Below are positions 62,023 to 64,000 of a stretch of 64,000 nt of DNA, one piece after another. Both the position numbers and the translations under genes were made by a program. The notes below the pieces were generated by a model. That model saw nothing but the letters and a program-made list of their open reading frames with translations. It was not told the origin of the DNA and did no database searches. Position 1 is the first letter of the stretch. Each line of letters begins with the position of its first letter. The stretch lies in the NCBI GenBank assembly GCA_021852265.1, contig JAJZNV010000014.1, positions 1,566-65,565 on the forward strand, read 5' to 3'. The DNA is from Nanobdellota archaeon. Its GTDB lineage: Archaea > Nanobdellota > Nanobdellia > Parvarchaeales > Parvarchaeaceae.

Positions 62023-62340
62023 TTATTTTATGGCTGATGAGATATACTCTTCTATTGCCTGTTTCGAAGCCAAACCAGTAAATGAATTTGTCGGAATGCC
62101 TCCTTTGAATGTCAATAAAGTAGGTATGCTCTCGACACCATACTCGCTTGCTATAATTGGATCTTTATCGACATTTACCTTAAAAAGCTTTAACCTCCCT
62201 TCGGTCTTCTGTTCAAATTCCTCTAGTATAGGTGACAAAAGATTGCAGGGACCGCACCACTCTGCCCAAAAATCTACTACAGCTACGTCGAGTTTCTCGA
62301 TAGTAGATTTAAAATTTTCTCTATTTAGGTGCTCGGCCAT
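62023..62340 (-). CDS. trxA: Thioredoxin
   Basis: VDFWAEWCGPC and SIPTL. Confidence 0.95.
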   Translation of the reverse strand: MAEHLNRENFKSTIEKLDVAVVDFWAEWCGPCNLLSPILEEFEQKTEGRLKLFKVNVDKDPIIASEYGVESIPTLLTFKGGIPTNSFTGLASKQAIEEYISSAIK

Positions 62341-62426
62341 GGACTAAGATAATTGATGTTAGTATTTAAAATTTTAAAAAACAATTTTATATATTACACA
62401 AATACTAGATAAGTATCAGATTAAGT

Positions 62427-63158
62427 ATGGAAGCACTGAATATCGGCACGGTATACATCTGTAAAGTTAAAAAAATATTACAGCATGGGATCATAGTAGA
62501 AATCAGCGACTTGGGAATAGATGGTTTTATTCACATTTCTGAACTTAGCAAACGCTGGGTACGTGATGTAAAAGACATCGCAAAGGAAGGTGACAAAATC
62601 GTTTGCAAATTAATAAAATTAGAACCTCAGTCTACAGAGTTGTCTGCTAAAAGAGTTACAGATAATGAGAAGAAACAGGCCCTCCGAGAATGGTCGATAG
62701 AGAACCGCGTTGGCAGGATACTAGAAGACTCAGTAAAGGATGTTGTCCCGATAAAAAACAAAATTAAGGCGAAATATGGCTCTTACTTTGACTTCTATGC
62801 AGCAATTCTAAAGAATGGCAAGTCTGCAGCTGAAGAATTTAAACTGGGAAAGGATACTGTGAATGCTCTTCTCGATTTTGTTGAAAAGACAAAAAAGAAG
62901 ATAACGATAAAAACCGAATTAACCATACAGGATTTTAGTGAAGATGGAGTGGAAAATATAAAAAAATTGTTATTGGAGCCATACTCAGATAAGAAAAACT
63001 ATTCCATAAAATATATTAAGGCTCCGGTGTACCTTCTGACAGTTAACGCGGGAGAAACCAAAAAAACGCTATCTGAAAATAAAAAAGTAATCGATGGACT
63101 TGAATCAAAAAGCCGACAATTGGGAATAGATTTCAAATACAGAGAAATAAAAGAATGA
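62427..63158 (+). CDS. eif2a: Translation initiation factor aIF2 alpha subunit
   Basis: S1 domain GFIHISELSKRWVRD, LSAKRV and YIKAPVY; followed by nop10. Confidence 0.92.
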   Translation: MEALNIGTVYICKVKKILQHGIIVEISDLGIDGFIHISELSKRWVRDVKDIAKEGDKIVCKLIKLEPQSTELSAKRVTDNEKKQALREWSIENRVGRILEDSVKDVVPIKNKIKAKYGSYFDFYAAILKNGKSAAEEFKLGKDTVNALLDFVEKTKKKITIKTELTIQDFSEDGVENIKKLLLEPYSDKKNYSIKYIKAPVYLLTVNAGETKKTLSENKKVIDGLESKSRQLGIDFKYREIKE

Positions 63159-63337
63159 AAAGGATAAGATACTGCCAGAGGTGCGATCGCTACACGCTAA
63201 AGAATACTTGTAGTGTATGTGGTAAAGAGACTATAATAAACACACCGCAAAAATATTCCAGAGATGAGGAGATTGCTAAATATCGTCGTAAAATCAAAAG
63301 ATCCGCAATACTGGACGGCTTAAACGAAAGAATATGA
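63155..63337 (+). CDS. nop10: Ribosome biogenesis protein Nop10
   Basis: C..C.RYTLK..C..CG and PQKYSRD...KYRR; conserved aIF2a-nop10 order. Confidence 0.92.
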   Translation: MKRIRYCQRCDRYTLKNTCSVCGKETIINTPQKYSRDEEIAKYRRKIKRSAILDGLNERI

Positions 63338-64000
63338 AGATAACAAACATAAAATCACTCTATTCGGAGATTAAAAAGAATAGGAACGCCGTAGAAAAAA
63401 TTATAAGCGATGTAAGGACGGGTAACTTCGAAGGATTCACACCACCTTCTACGCTTATAGGTGCATTCAATTATCCAAGGGTGTCAGTTGGCGTGATGTT
63501 CACAATGGATCAAAGTGCCTACCTTTATGATTCTCCAAAATATTGGGTGAAGAACGGTTATGATGTATCAAAAATATTCTCTATGCGTACACTTCTTGTA
63601 AACGCAAAAGAACTGATAAACGTAAAAAAGCCGAATGGGAAATTTATAGAAAGCATTTCATTTGCGACAATGGCCAAGAATGACCTGGCTGTCGGCTTAG
63701 GTCTTTCGAAGATAGGTGCCGGAGGTATTGTCTCTGACACGATAGCACCGCACGGTATAACTGCTACTCTATCTAGCTTTAAAATAAACGAGAATGTTAA
63801 GATTGAAAAGCCGGTAGAAAAGGTATACTATGATAGGGATCTTAGGGCCACCGAGGGGATAACTTACTTGTACGAAAGTGGCATCGATGACAATAAAATA
63901 AGTAAAATCCTGAGCGTCGGTGCACTTGGGATCAGCAGAAAGTTAGTGCCAACAAAATGGTCGATTACCGCCGTTGATGATATCCTTGGTAAAAAACTCA
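63334..64000 (+). CDS. nreA: Nre-family DNA repair protein; runs off the window edge
   Basis: Manual translation from ATG 63334 (ATGA overlap with nop10): GFTPPSTLIGAFNYPRVSVG ... LSVGALGISRKLVPTKWSITAVDD. Confidence 0.88.
   Translation, partial: MKITNIKSLYSEIKKNRNAVEKIISDVRTGNFEGFTPPSTLIGAFNYPRVSVGVMFTMDQSAYLYDSPKYWVKNGYDVSKIFSMRTLLVNAKELINVKKPNGKFIESISFATMAKNDLAVGLGLSKIGAGGIVSDTIAPHGITATLSSFKINENVKIEKPVEKVYYDRDLRATEGITYLYESGIDDNKISKILSVGALGISRKLVPTKWSITAVDDILGKKL

Overview
Gene-dense, AT-rich archaeal chromosome segment. The gene content fits a reduced, acidophilic DPANN archaeon, most like Parvarchaeota (inference). Supporting content: archaeal LonB, aRF1, aIF2-alpha, S8e, class I CCA enzyme, single-unit EndA, truncated Dph2, Sulfolobus-type zinc ferredoxin and thermopsin-type surface repeats. 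Both flanks hold housekeeping genes: DNA repair (nth, rnhB, mre11-rad50, ogg, ogt, lhr, nre), tRNA maturation (rtcB-archease-thiI, cca, endA), translation and a few metabolic genes. There are seven tRNA genes, none encoding CCA; three carry introns at 37/38 and two have an unusual C54. The centre (26.3-45.5 kb, minus strand) is a 19-kb five-gene surface-structure operon. It has four translationally coupled pilin-like proteins (three with clear class III signal peptides, two with internal hydrophobic inserts) and a ~3857-aa Cys-rich giant protein with a YVTN beta-propeller and about nine thermopsin-like repeats. This is the best candidate for an undescribed host-attachment or host-penetration apparatus. 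Features missing from the ORF track: partial nth, L41e/eS32, a 37-aa basic ORF after endA, partial nre, the frameshifted continuation of a multi-HTH pseudogene next to a tRNA, and three structured intergenic regions that may be ncRNAs. No CRISPR array, transposase, integrase or reverse transcriptase was seen.
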